Positions 20,982-30,641 of a stretch of 64,000 nt of DNA are shown piece by piece; the first letter of the stretch is position 1; each line of letters starts with the position of its first letter. The notes under the pieces are model-generated. The model worked only from the letters and a program-made list of their open reading frames with translations, was not told the DNA's origin and did no database searches. The DNA is from Terriglobia bacterium. Lineage in GTDB: Bacteria; Acidobacteriota; Terriglobia; 20CM-2-55-15. Both the position numbers and the translations under genes were made by a program. Location: positions 128,001 to 192,000 of the forward strand of contig CAXWPJ010000005.1 in the NCBI GenBank assembly GCA_963664115.2. Direction: 5' to 3'.

Positions 20982-21722
20982 CCTCGGAGCTTGACCTCGA
21001 GCGTCAGCATCATCCCGATGCGATTCGCGAGCGATTGGAGAGCCCCCGTTCCAACGTACGTCGCCAGCGCAGTGCTGGGAGCGATCGACGGGTCCGTGAC
21101 GACGTTTGCGATCGTGGCCGCATCGGTGGGCGGCGGACTCTCCGAATCCGTGATCATCGTATTGGGTCTGGCAAACCTGCTGGCGGACGGCTTCAGCATG
21201 GCTGTGGGCAACTACCATGCCACCGAGAGTCAGGTCCAGCGGATCGAGATGGCGCGCCGCGTCGAAAACGATCATATCGACAGGGTGCCGGAAGGCGAGA
21301 GGGAAGAAGTCCGCGTGATCCTGGAACGTAAAGGGCTTAGCGGGGAGTCTCTGGAGAACGCCGTAGCCGTGATTACCAGTGACCGCCGCCTGTGGGTGGA
21401 CACGATGGTGGCTGAAGAATGGGGACTGCCTGTATCGCACCCGTCGCCTTTCAAGGAAGCTCTCGCTACATTCGGCGCGTTCGGGGCGTGCGGCTTTCTT
21501 CCCCTGCTCCCCTTCCTTGTTCTGGGAGGGGACCTGCAGGGTCAGTTTGTGATCAGCGTCGGGCTGACAGGTTTCGCTTTTCTGGCAGTTGGCGTGTTGA
21601 AGGGGATTGTCCTGGATTCCTCACCCCTTCGGTCGGGGACTGTGACACTCATGACAGGCGGAATTGCCGCGGGATTGGCCTACGCTGTGGGAGCCTTCCT
21701 GCGTCTCTGGCTGGGAGCTTAG
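20978..21722 (+). CDS. VIT1/CCC1 Fe/Mn transporter family protein with an apparent frameshift near codon 23
   Basis: ATGA overlap with the amrS stop gives MTSELDLERQHHPDAIRERLES. The conserved body YVASAVLGAIDGSVTTF...NLLADGFSMA is in another frame; the junction is at the C5 run 21043-21047. Confidence 0.8.
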
Positions 21723-21919
21723 ACCGGGCACTCGGAGGCAGAAGTTCGATGTGCAAAGGTTTAGTCACTGTTCCATCGGATCATCGACTGAACCTGAACG
21801 CACGGGCTCGCCGCTTAGTTCTCGGTTCCGTTCACCCGGACCGGCAAGCGTGGCACCGATTTTTGTCAGTGATGGGCCCGTCACTTGGCATTGAAAGTCG
21901 CCGCTTGGGATATTTGGGG

Positions 21920-21947
21920 TTGACACTCGGACCGACATCTTCATAAT
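21920..21947 (+). promoter_or_regulatory. Sigma70-type promoter for the porin-amtB-glnK operon
   Basis: TTGACA-N16-CATAAT immediately upstream of the structured leader. Confidence 0.65.
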
Positions 21948-21960
21948 AGGGGGCGACAAA

Positions 21961-22028
21961 GATACAACGGAGTATCGTTTGTGTAGACGATGAAGTCTTC
22001 GGGAGGGTTGCCCCCGAGGGCTTTTTTT
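21961..22028 (+). promoter_or_regulatory. ANTAR-type dual hexaloop overlapping an intrinsic terminator (attenuator 1)
   Basis: GATAC-AACGGA-GTATC, 8-nt linker, AGAC-GATGAA-GTCT. The second stem overlaps the 5' arm of terminator AAGTCTTCGGGAGGG-TTG-CCCCCGAGGGC-T7. Confidence 0.75.
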
Positions 22029-22034
22029 GTTTAC

Positions 22035-22108
22035 GAGACATTGCTGTCTTCACCCGACAAAGGCGTCCATTCACACCCGGAATTGCGGGCGTGGTGGGCG
22101 TTTTTTTT
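22035..22108 (+). promoter_or_regulatory. ANTAR-type dual hexaloop overlapping an intrinsic terminator (attenuator 2)
   Basis: GAGAC-ATTGCT-GTCTT, 5-nt linker, GAC-AAAGGC-GTC. The second stem overlaps terminator GGCGTCCATTCACACCCG-GAATTG-CGGGCGTGGTGGGCG-T8. Confidence 0.75.
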
Positions 22109-22178
22109 GTTTCAACTAAGTGTTTTTGTCACGCAACTATTTCGACGGTCGATTGACCCGTCGGTTGAGGGAAATCTA

Positions 22179-22997
22179 ATGAGAGCTAAGATTTGGACAC
22201 GAACCCTGGGATTGCTTCTGCTCGGCGGCTGTGTAGTGGGGACGGCCACAGCGCAAGACTCTATTTACTCGGCTTCAGGAGACGTCGCCGTGGTCAGCAG
22301 TTACGTCTGGCGGGGCCAGAGATTGACGGACGACCCGAGCCTCCAGCCTTCGATGACCCTGGGTATCGAAGGATTTGCGTTCAACGCGTGGGGCAGTATG
22401 GACCTGACTTCGTTTAATGACTTCAATGACGGTGATCCACGCGCAGGCAGGAACGCCGGTCTGAAAGGCCATTTCACCGAAATTGATTACACGTTTTCCT
22501 ACGACTATTCGTTCGAGGCGGTTTCAGTAGGAGCCGGCGCGATCATCTATACGTTTCCGGAGAGATTCGCGACGACTACTGAAATTTATGGGGCCCTCAG
22601 CTTCGATACCGTTCCGCTCGCTCCGAACATAACCCTCTATGTCGACGTGGATGAAACCAGCGCAAGAGGCGGCGACACGGGCCTTTATTTCCTGTTGGGT
22701 GCGGGACACTCCTTCCCCATAGACAACGATGTCGTTAGCAGTTTCGACGTGTCGGCTTCGCTCGGCTTCGCAAACGGGGGCTTTACAAAGTTCTACTACA
22801 GCGGGCTCGACAAGGCCGGAGCCCACGACGGGAGTTTGACAGCAAGCCTTCCGTTCACAATCAACGACAACTGGTCCGCGGGTGTGTGGTTAACCGTCAG
22901 CGGTTTGATCGGTGACGAAATACGGGCCAGTCAGTATACGGGCCCAGATGATGGGACTACGGTCTGGGGCGGTTTCAATCTCAGCCTGAGTTTCTAG
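22179..22997 (+). CDS. TorF/Gcw_chp-like putative outer-membrane porin
   Basis: Signal peptide; SSYVWRG, SLQP, EIDY motifs; C-terminal Phe; located upstream of amtB. Confidence 0.75.
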   Translation: MRAKIWTRTLGLLLLGGCVVGTATAQDSIYSASGDVAVVSSYVWRGQRLTDDPSLQPSMTLGIEGFAFNAWGSMDLTSFNDFNDGDPRAGRNAGLKGHFTEIDYTFSYDYSFEAVSVGAGAIIYTFPERFATTTEIYGALSFDTVPLAPNITLYVDVDETSARGGDTGLYFLLGAGHSFPIDNDVVSSFDVSASLGFANGGFTKFYYSGLDKAGAHDGSLTASLPFTINDNWSAGVWLTVSGLIGDEIRASQYTGPDDGTTVWGGFNLSLSF

Positions 22998-23105
22998 TTG
23001 AAGTTCTCGGTCTCGATCCGAAGGCGTATCGAGACCACTCACGTAGTTGGAGTTTTTAATTAATCCATCTCGTAAGAGGCAATCGTAAGAACGAGAAGGA
23101 GGCAC

Positions 23106-24425
23106 ATGTTTATCAAGCGTTGGACCGGTAGATTGATATTGCTGATGGCTGTCGTGGCCTGCATGAGCTCCCTGGCCCATGCGCAAGCGACCGCCGACGA
23201 AGCGATGTTCGTGGTGAACAACACCTGGATGATGGTGGCCACATTCCTGGTGTTCATCATGCATTTGGGTTTCGCCTGCCTGGAATCGGGTCTTGTGCAG
23301 GCGAAAAACACAGTGAACATCCTGTTCAAGAACATAATGATCGTAGCGATCGGTCTTCTGACCTACGCCATCATTGGTTTTAACCTCATGTATCCCGGAG
23401 AGTTTAATGGTTGGTTGGGACTTGGCGGCGATAAGGTCCTAACCACCGCGGCAGACGCTGCTGGAACACTCATCGGATACGCCGACGGGAATTACACGTA
23501 TTGGACTGATTTTCTCTTCCAGGGAATGTTCGCGGCGACCGGAGCCACGATTGTTTCGGGAGCCGTTGCGGGCCGGATCAAGTTACCCAGCTTCCTTGTG
23601 TTTACAGTTGTGTTCGTGGGCTTCGTCTATCCCTGGGTCGGTAGTTGGAAGTGGGGCGGCGGCTGGCTGGATCAGATGGGATTCTATGACTTTGCCGGGT
23701 CGACCCTGGTTCACTCGGTTGGAGGCTGGGGTGCCCTAGCAGGCGCGCTGCTGCTTGGACCCAGACTCGGTAAGTACTACGGAAACGAAGTGCGTGCGTT
23801 ACCGGGTTCCAACATGCCTCTGGCGACGATCGGTGTGTTCCTGCTTTGGATGGGTTGGTTCGGATTCAACGGCGGTTCAGTACTGTCTGCCGATCCCGGA
23901 CCTGTGTCCTTCACGCTCGTAACCACCTGCCTGGCCGCAGCAGCAGGTATCGTCGCGTCGTATATGACTTCCCAGATCGTGCAGAAGAAACCGGATCTTT
24001 CCATGGCGCTCAATGGCGCTCTGGCAGGTCTGGTCGGTATCACCGCAGGCGCCGATTCGGTTTCGGTGATGTCTGCAGTGATCATCGGATTGGTGGCTGG
24101 CGTGCTTGTTGTGCTGGCGGTTATCACGATCGATTCCAAGCTCAAGATCGACGATCCCGTGGGTGCGATCTCGGTGCACCTGGTGTGCGGTATGTGGGGC
24201 ACGCTGGCTGTAGGCATCTTCAGTGCCGATCACAGTGTTGTGACCCAGCTCATCGGCATCGCGGCTTACGGCGTTGTGACGTTTATTTCAGCTCTGGTGA
24301 TCTTTAGCGTAATCAAGGCGGTCATGGGCCTTCGTGTGTCAGCGGATGAGGAACAGAAAGGACTGGATATCGGGGAGCATGGTATGGAGGCGTATTCGGG
24401 CTTCCAGATACTCACAACCGATTAG
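23106..24425 (+). CDS. amtB: Ammonium transporter
   Basis: DFAGSTLVH, WFGFNGGS, NGALAGLVGITA, DDPVGAISVH; twin His intact. Confidence 0.97.
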   Translation: MFIKRWTGRLILLMAVVACMSSLAHAQATADEAMFVVNNTWMMVATFLVFIMHLGFACLESGLVQAKNTVNILFKNIMIVAIGLLTYAIIGFNLMYPGEFNGWLGLGGDKVLTTAADAAGTLIGYADGNYTYWTDFLFQGMFAATGATIVSGAVAGRIKLPSFLVFTVVFVGFVYPWVGSWKWGGGWLDQMGFYDFAGSTLVHSVGGWGALAGALLLGPRLGKYYGNEVRALPGSNMPLATIGVFLLWMGWFGFNGGSVLSADPGPVSFTLVTTCLAAAAGIVASYMTSQIVQKKPDLSMALNGALAGLVGITAGADSVSVMSAVIIGLVAGVLVVLAVITIDSKLKIDDPVGAISVHLVCGMWGTLAVGIFSADHSVVTQLIGIAAYGVVTFISALVIFSVIKAVMGLRVSADEEQKGLDIGEHGMEAYSGFQILTTD

Positions 24426-24484
24426 TCGCGACAGCATCTGATCCGAGACTAGAACCAAAGCTTTAATCCGATGGAAGGTGTGAA

Positions 24485-24826
24485 ATGAAATTAGTTGTTG
24501 CATTGATCCAGCCCCACAAGCTCCCCGATGTGAAACAGGCGTTGTTTGATGCGGACATTCACAAGATGACGGTATCAAATGCCGTCGGGGCAGGCGAGCA
24601 GAAGGGATACGAGGAGGCCTATCGTGGTGTCATTCATACGATTAACCTCTTAAAGAAGGTGAAAATCGAAATTGCCGTTAACGACGACTTTGTCGAGCCC
24701 ACGGTGGAAGCCATCATTAAAGGAGCTCGAACAGGGAATATCGGCGACGGGAAGGTTTTTGTCCTAGATCTGCCCGACAGTATCCGAATCCGGACCGGCG
24801 AACGAGGGTCGGCGGCGATCGGGTAA
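24485..24826 (+). CDS. glnK: P-II nitrogen regulatory protein
   Basis: [19 protein letters not shown]; adjacent to amtB. Confidence 0.93.
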   Translation: MKLVVALIQPHKLPDVKQALFDADIHKMTVSNAVGAGEQKGYEEAYRGVIHTINLLKKVKIEIAVNDDFVEPTVEAIIKGARTGNIGDGKVFVLDLPDSIRIRTGERGSAAIG

Positions 24827-24991
24827 ACGGTAAACGGTCCAGTCGACGCGTAGCCTTGGCCGGCTAACAATTGGATGCAGTATCCCGCGCGTTCGGCTGG
24901 GCCGTTACACCTTACAGGTTGGGTTCGCTGATTTTGAATGAACCTGGCCCGCCCCGAAGCGACGAAGGGCCCGAAGCCTGGTCGCCTGGCG

Positions 24992-25849
24992 TCAGGCGAG
25001 TATTGAAGGCAGAAATGGGCCCGCCGGTTCTTTATACAGACCGAGGCTCATGTATGTCATCTGCTGTACGATTCGAAGGCCTTTAGAAAGGCACCAGCGA
25101 AACACTTCCCCGTTTCGGCTCGGCAAGAGGAAACCGGTGCCGGCGAACTCCCCCGCAGCTCCGATCAGCGCCTTCAGTGCTTCGTTCGTTTCCGCTACGG
25201 TGTGACCCCGGAAGCCAATACCAGTCGTGTAACCCAGAACTCGATCGTCGTGCTCGACCAGATGGGCAGTTCCAGCGGCGATCGCCTCCCCAAGTTCCCG
25301 GCTTCGATCGTATCCGTAGGAACGGCGACAGATTTCGTTGCAGGCGTTGACCTCGTTTTCCAGAACAGGCCGGACCCTGTACCCGGGCAATTCCAGACCG
25401 ATCGGCATGCCCTGCATATTGGCTAGATGTTCCCGGACTTCGAATCCCATTTTCGCGTACAGGGACAGAGATTGGTTGTTGTAGGCCGCTTGTACGAGTC
25501 GAACCCCGTCTTTGCTTTGTTGGTCAACGCGGTTCAGGGAATGTTCGATCAAGCGCCGACCGATCGAGCCGGCCTGAAGGGTCGGATCCACAGTGACGGG
25601 TCCGAGGCCGACGACGCTTGAACGTTCGTCCAGGAAGCAACTGCCGACCACCCGGCCCTCGCCCTCAGCAACCACTCCGTAGAAGCCTGGATGGGACAGG
25701 ATGGCGGTTATCGCGTCAGTCGCGTCTTCAGGCGAGCGCCAATCGGATGGGAAATTGTGCGTTTCGGCAACCGATCTGAACGCCTCATAGCAGATGTCGC
25801 CGCAAACAGGAGCATCGTCGAGGGTGGCGGGCCGGAGCACGACGTTCAT
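24992..25849 (-). CDS. GNAT family N-acetyltransferase
   Basis: MNVVLRPATLDD, VDPTLQAGSIGRRL, LYAKMGF; GGAG RBS. Confidence 0.85.
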   Translation of the reverse strand: MNVVLRPATLDDAPVCGDICYEAFRSVAETHNFPSDWRSPEDATDAITAILSHPGFYGVVAEGEGRVVGSCFLDERSSVVGLGPVTVDPTLQAGSIGRRLIEHSLNRVDQQSKDGVRLVQAAYNNQSLSLYAKMGFEVREHLANMQGMPIGLELPGYRVRPVLENEVNACNEICRRSYGYDRSRELGEAIAAGTAHLVEHDDRVLGYTTGIGFRGHTVAETNEALKALIGAAGEFAGTGFLLPSRNGEVFRWCLSKGLRIVQQMTYMSLGLYKEPAGPFLPSILA

Positions 25850-25937
25850 TGTATTGCTCCGTTTATTTCTCCGGGTGAGGAGACCGGGATCTGCAAAAAA
25901 ATTCTCGATTTCAAGTCCGACCGTTGCAGCCAACGAA

Positions 25938-25980
25938 TACGCCCAGAGGGATTCGAACCCCCGACCTACGGATTCGAAGT
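25938..25980 (-). other. 3' half of tRNA-Arg(TCG), probable att site of a tRNA-integrated element
   Basis: ACT-TCG-AATCCGTAGGTCGGGGGTTCGAATCCCTCTGGGCGTA gives anticodon loop, T-arm and acceptor 3' strand. No D-arm or 5' half precedes it. Confidence 0.8.
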
Positions 25981-26382
25981 TATCTTAAGACGCTTATACC
26001 AGATATCACAGACTGATATTCTATTATACCGTCAACACTTTAGCTGGGTGTCGTATGAGTCGGTGTTACTCCATCCTACCCCATACTCCCCCCAAATCTC
26101 CCCACACGCCGACCTCACCAACCCCACGCACCGGACCTAATCGGCTCGCTCCGATCCACGCAAGCCCCTAACCCGCGTCTTATTGTCCGGTTACGTGATT
26201 TGGATCATTAATTAGATTAGACGCTCTATGGTTTTCAAAAAAATTGAGTCAAAAATCGGCATGTAAAAAGTTTCGCGTCGGCACACGCTCAGCACTGAGA
26301 ATCACGTCCTGTCCGATTTGCTTGCCGCTGGGGGCAAAACGCCCGACACTGAGGTTCATGATAAGGGTCACGCTTAGTTTCC

Positions 26383-27387
26383 ATGGAAATCGATGACATT
26401 AAGATTCGCCTGATCGACGACTCGGATTCGATCACGGAACTGACGGAGCTACTTCACCGGGCCTACAAGCCATTAGCCGATGATGGCATGCGTTACTTTG
26501 CGACTCATCAGACTGAGGATCAGACAAGGAAAAGAATCGCGAACGGACAATGTTACGTCGCCATTCTGGACGGGAAGATAGTTGGCAGCGTGACGTTCAA
26601 GTATCCAGTGGTGTTCGAGGGCAGTGACAAATCTCGTTGGTATAGCCGTCCCGATGTTGCGTATTTTGGCCAATTTGGAGTCGAGCCGCGCTTGCAGGGT
26701 CAGGGCATCGGCAGTCGGATGCTGAATTTAGTGGAGCGGACAGCTCGGGAGAGTGGAGCAAACGAACTGGCGTTCGACACATCCGAAAACGCCACTCGTC
26801 TCATCGAGTATTACTCCAAACGTGGATTCAGATTCGTGGAAGAGATCGACCATCGGCCTGTCGTGAACTACAAGAGCCTCATTATGAGCAAGCGTCTTGT
26901 GGATGTAAATGCGATGCTAATCAGACCGTTCATGGAGGGTGACGAAGCTGCGTTATGGACGGTGTTCTTTTCAGCGGTCCACGAAACCTCGTCTGCCGAT
27001 TACGCCCCCGAACAACTCGATGCGGGGGCACCAAGAGATATTGATCCGGCTAAGTGGGCCCAGCGCATGCAAGGTATTGCGCCTTTCGTCGCCGAATGTG
27101 ATGGCGACATCATTGGGTACGCAGATCTCCAATCAGACGGATACATCGACCACTTTTTTGTGTCACCTACAGTCGCTAGGCAAGGTGTCGGCTCGTTGCT
27201 CATGAAGAAGATTCACGAGGCTGCTATTGCTCAAGGGACTGACTCTTTGTCCGCCGAAGTCAGCGTGACAGCACGTCCATTTTTCGAGAAGTGGGGGTTC
27301 AAGGTGGACGCGGATCAGACAGTATCTATTGGTAGCGAAACCCTCAAGAACTTTCGTATGAGCAAGCAAGACCTGACTAGGACGTGA
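26383..27387 (+). CDS. Tandem GNAT acetyltransferase (two domains)
   Basis: QGQGIGSRML...YYSKRGF and ARQGVGSLL...ARPFFEKWGF. Confidence 0.85.
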   Translation: MEIDDIKIRLIDDSDSITELTELLHRAYKPLADDGMRYFATHQTEDQTRKRIANGQCYVAILDGKIVGSVTFKYPVVFEGSDKSRWYSRPDVAYFGQFGVEPRLQGQGIGSRMLNLVERTARESGANELAFDTSENATRLIEYYSKRGFRFVEEIDHRPVVNYKSLIMSKRLVDVNAMLIRPFMEGDEAALWTVFFSAVHETSSADYAPEQLDAGAPRDIDPAKWAQRMQGIAPFVAECDGDIIGYADLQSDGYIDHFFVSPTVARQGVGSLLMKKIHEAAIAQGTDSLSAEVSVTARPFFEKWGFKVDADQTVSIGSETLKNFRMSKQDLTRT

Positions 27388-27420
27388 AGGTCCGAAACAA
27401 TTACATTCAGACTTTCATGA

Positions 27421-27549
27421 GGGCTGACGCGACTGACGAGGCTGACGGTCTGTTGGCAACTATCGCTACCCCCCCCCTCTCTTATTCCTTCTCTCTCTGA
27501 ACAGAAGAGAGTATGTAATCCATCGTCAGTAGCGTCAGCCCTGTCAGCC
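27421..27549. repeat. Inverted CTGAC-repeat clusters flanking a pyrimidine/purine-skewed core
   Basis: GGGCTGACGCGACTGACGA (27421-27439) and TCGTCAGTAGCGTCAGCCC (27523-27541) are 18/19 inverted; three CTGAC on the left, three GTCAG on the right. Confidence 0.75.
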
Positions 27550-27672
27550 GAGGGGACAGCCAATGGCCAAATAGGGACGTACCCTCAAAGCAAGGTCTTT
27601 GCGCTGCCGAGGATCGCCAAATGCCCCAACTATAAGCAAAAATTGACCTTAAAGCCTCTGATAGCAAGCAGC

Positions 27673-27716
27673 AATTCTCAAGGTCCGACAATGTCGTTTC
27701 TCAGGACTTGAGAATT
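27673..27716 (+). other. dif-like 11-6-11 site A
   Basis: AATTCTCA-AGGTCCGACAA-TGTCGT-TTCTCAGGACT-TGAGAATT; 32/39 identical to the reverse complement of site B. Confidence 0.7.
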
Positions 27717-27790
27717 TGATAGCACCTAACTTCCTCCCTTAGTATTCTTTACAAAGATTTTCACAGCTTCTCAAACGGCACACTCAGATC

Positions 27791-30460
27791 ATGGAATCTG
27801 GCACCAAACTGGCTCACTACGAGATCCTGGCACTCTTGGGTAAGGGTGGAATGGGTGAAGTGTGGCGTGCGCGGGACACGAAACTCGGGCGCGAAGTTGC
27901 GATTAAGACGCTGCCTGAAGAGTTCGCTAAGGACGCAGACTGTCTCGCACGATTTGAACGTGAAGCGAAATTGCTTGCCTCGTTGAATCACCCGAACATT
28001 GCGGCGATATACGGACTGGAGGAACACGAAGGCACGCGCTTCTTAGTTCTTGAGCTGGTCGAGGGCGCCACGCTGGCTGATCAGATAAAGCGTGGTGCGA
28101 TTCCCGTTGAAGAATCGCTGAAGATTGCGCTTCAGATCGCCGATGCCCTCAAAGCGGCTCACGACAAGGGTGTCATCCACCGCGACCTGAAACCTCTGAA
28201 CATCAAAGTCACCGACGACGACAATGTGAAGGTGCTCGACTTTGGATTAGCTAAAGCGTTTGCCGGTGATGAGGTCGACGCAAGCGTATCGAACTCGCCA
28301 ACGCTGAGTATGGCGGCTACGCAGCAAGGAATGATCCTCGGCACCGCCGCCTATATGAGCCCTGAACAAGCCAAGGGCCGCGCAGTTGACAAACGCACGG
28401 ACATATTCGCGTTCGGCTGTGTCCTCTATGAAATGCTCACAGGCCGTTAGTCCTTCGGTAAGTCCGATGTGGCGGAGTCTCTCTCGGCCGTGATCAGCCT
28501 GCAGCCGGAGTGGGACACTCTGCCCCCTAATCTTCATCCACGACTTCGGGAAGTGGTGGAACGGTGCCTCGACAAGCGAGTCGCAACGCGTTTCCAGGAC
28601 ATCGGCGATGTAAAAGTGGACATCGAGAAGGTGCTGGCCGATCCGAGCGGCCTCCTCGTCCAGTCGGTTGGTGGGGTTGCTCACGCAGCACCGCAGTCGA
28701 AAGTGCCGTGGGTTGTCACGGGGGTTGCGCTCCTGATTGCGGTTGTCGCCAGTTGGTCGTCAGGACCAGCTTCGTCGAACCAGACTGCGGCACGTTTTGC
28801 AATCGATGTCAGTGGTGAGCTCCCCCCAAGGGTGGGGCATCTTCTCGCGCTGTCTCCCGACGGTCAGGAACTCGTCTACAGAGCCTTTACTGAGGAGGGA
28901 GACCAACTGTACCGTCGTCCCATAAACGGACTTGAAGCCGTACCGATCCGCGGCTCGGAGGATGCTCAATTTCCTTTCTTTTCGCCTGATGGCCAGTGGC
29001 TTGCATTCGGGAGTCCCGACGGTCTGAAGAGGGTTTCTTTGGCAGGAGAATCGCCGACAACGATCTGCGAATGTGGTGGCTTTGGTAGCACCTGGGGTCC
29101 CGATCAGACGATCGTGTTTTCAGATTCCAACACGCTCGCACTCTCGCGGCTATCGTTGACGGGAGGCGCTCCGGAGCAGCTGACCAGGCTGCAAGCCGGT
29201 GAGATATATCACGACGAGCCCGCGTTCCTGCCTGCTGGTGACGCGGTGCTATTCACGATCTGGTCAGGTTCGCTGGACACGGCCCAGATTGCAGTGGTAT
29301 CTCTGCAGACCGGAGAGAGAAAGGTGCTCGGTAACGGCTTCTTCCCTCGTTACTCGCCAACGGGTCATCTTCTCTACGCGCAGACTGGCGCATCGTTGTG
29401 GGCGGTCCCGTTCGATGAGTCCCGACTCGAGATTACCGGCAATGCACTTCCGGTGCTTGAGGGGGTTCGAATAGAGGGCGGTGGCGCGGTGCAATTCGCC
29501 CTCGCTGAGAGCGGAGCGATGACCTACATCCCGGCGGACATGGGTGACGGCGCAAGGGCGTTGGTATGGGTCGATCGCGCGGGGAGTGAAGAGCCTCTTC
29601 AAGGCGAGACACTCGCCTACGGCGGTGTACAGATTTCGCCCAATGGGATGAGAGTCGCTCTTGTTGTTCACGGTCCGGAGTCTCGGGAAGATTTGTGGCT
29701 GCACGACGTGGTGGGAGAAACAACAACGCCATTCACCTTCGATCCGACGACAGCCGACATGCAGCCGTTGTGGATGCCGGATGGGCAACACGTGGTGTTC
29801 CTTTCCGACCCGGAGGGGGTGTTTACGGTCTTTCGGCGACGTGCGGACGGCACGAATCAAGCAGAGAGCATCGCGACATTTGATGTTTTATCATTTCCGT
29901 TGCTGTCCTCTGTCTCGCCGGGCGGAGAGACGCTGGTGTACGCGGTGAGGCCGGAGACGGACTGGGACATCAGACAGCTTTCGCTGGCTGGCGAACCCAA
30001 TCCGCAGGCACTCCTTGACTCAGATTCAGGAGAGCGACACGCGCAAATCTCCCCAGACGGTCGCTGGATGGTCTATTCGTCCGACGAGTTAGGCCAACCA
30101 GAGATCTTGGTCAGGCCGTTTCCTAACGTCGCAGATGGAGGGCCATGGCGCGTGTCCCGAGCGGGAGGAGAAGAACCTATATGGTCCCCCAACGGAACTG
30201 AAATCTACTACCGCCAAGGGAGTAGAGTGATGGCGGCCTCGGTCGAGACGACTCCGGCCTTCGTGGCAACGCAGCAGAGAGAGCTGTTCTCCGGTCCTTA
30301 CCTGCGATCCTCTGGATTCCGTTCCCACACTTACGACATCGCGCCGGATGGCGAACGTTTTCTCATGATTCGCGAATCAGAGAACGACTCACGCGGGGGC
30401 GAGATCATCGTGGTCCTGAACTGGCTTGAAGAACTGAAGGAGCGGGTGCCTGTTCCCTGA
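27791..30460 (+). pseudogene. Hanks-type Ser/Thr kinase with TM and PD40/TolB-like propeller, interrupted by an in-frame TAG at 28448-28450
   Basis: GKGGMGEV, VAIK, HRDLKP, DFG, YMSPEQ; ORF 28469..30460 continues in the same frame; SPDG repeats; ends NWLEELKERVPVP. Confidence 0.88.
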
Positions 30461-30472
30461 TTTTCGAGGTCA

Positions 30473-30508
30473 AGTCCTGATAAATCATCTTCTCGGACAT
30501 TGAGAATT
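30473..30508 (-). other. dif-like 11-6-11 site B
   Basis: Minus strand AATTCTCA-ATGTCCGAGAA-GATGAT-TTATCAGGACT; starts 12 bp after the kinase stop. Confidence 0.7.
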
Positions 30509-30641
30509 CGCGGAGAAGTGCCTAGGAACTGAAATAACGCCGGATTAGTAACGATAAGTCGCCAAGTGGCGAGTAATGCGCCGAAAACGTGCGCTTCTGT
30601 TCAACCGTCGGTCTCGCAAGGACGTGAATGGCGCTGTAGTC

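Noticed and set aside
21851-21867. Sigma54 promoter TGGCAC upstream of the amtB operon (also at 2456)
   Set aside because: No GC at the required distance from GG; a good sigma70 match is present instead.
21948-22030. Glutamine (glnA) riboswitch in the amtB leader
   Set aside because: I could not match its three-way-junction consensus; the dual hexaloop/terminator layout repeated twice fits ANTAR better.
28448-28450. Pyrrolysine read-through of the kinase TAG
   Set aside because: Non-catalytic position, no pyl genes in the window, and TAG serves as a normal stop for many genes here.
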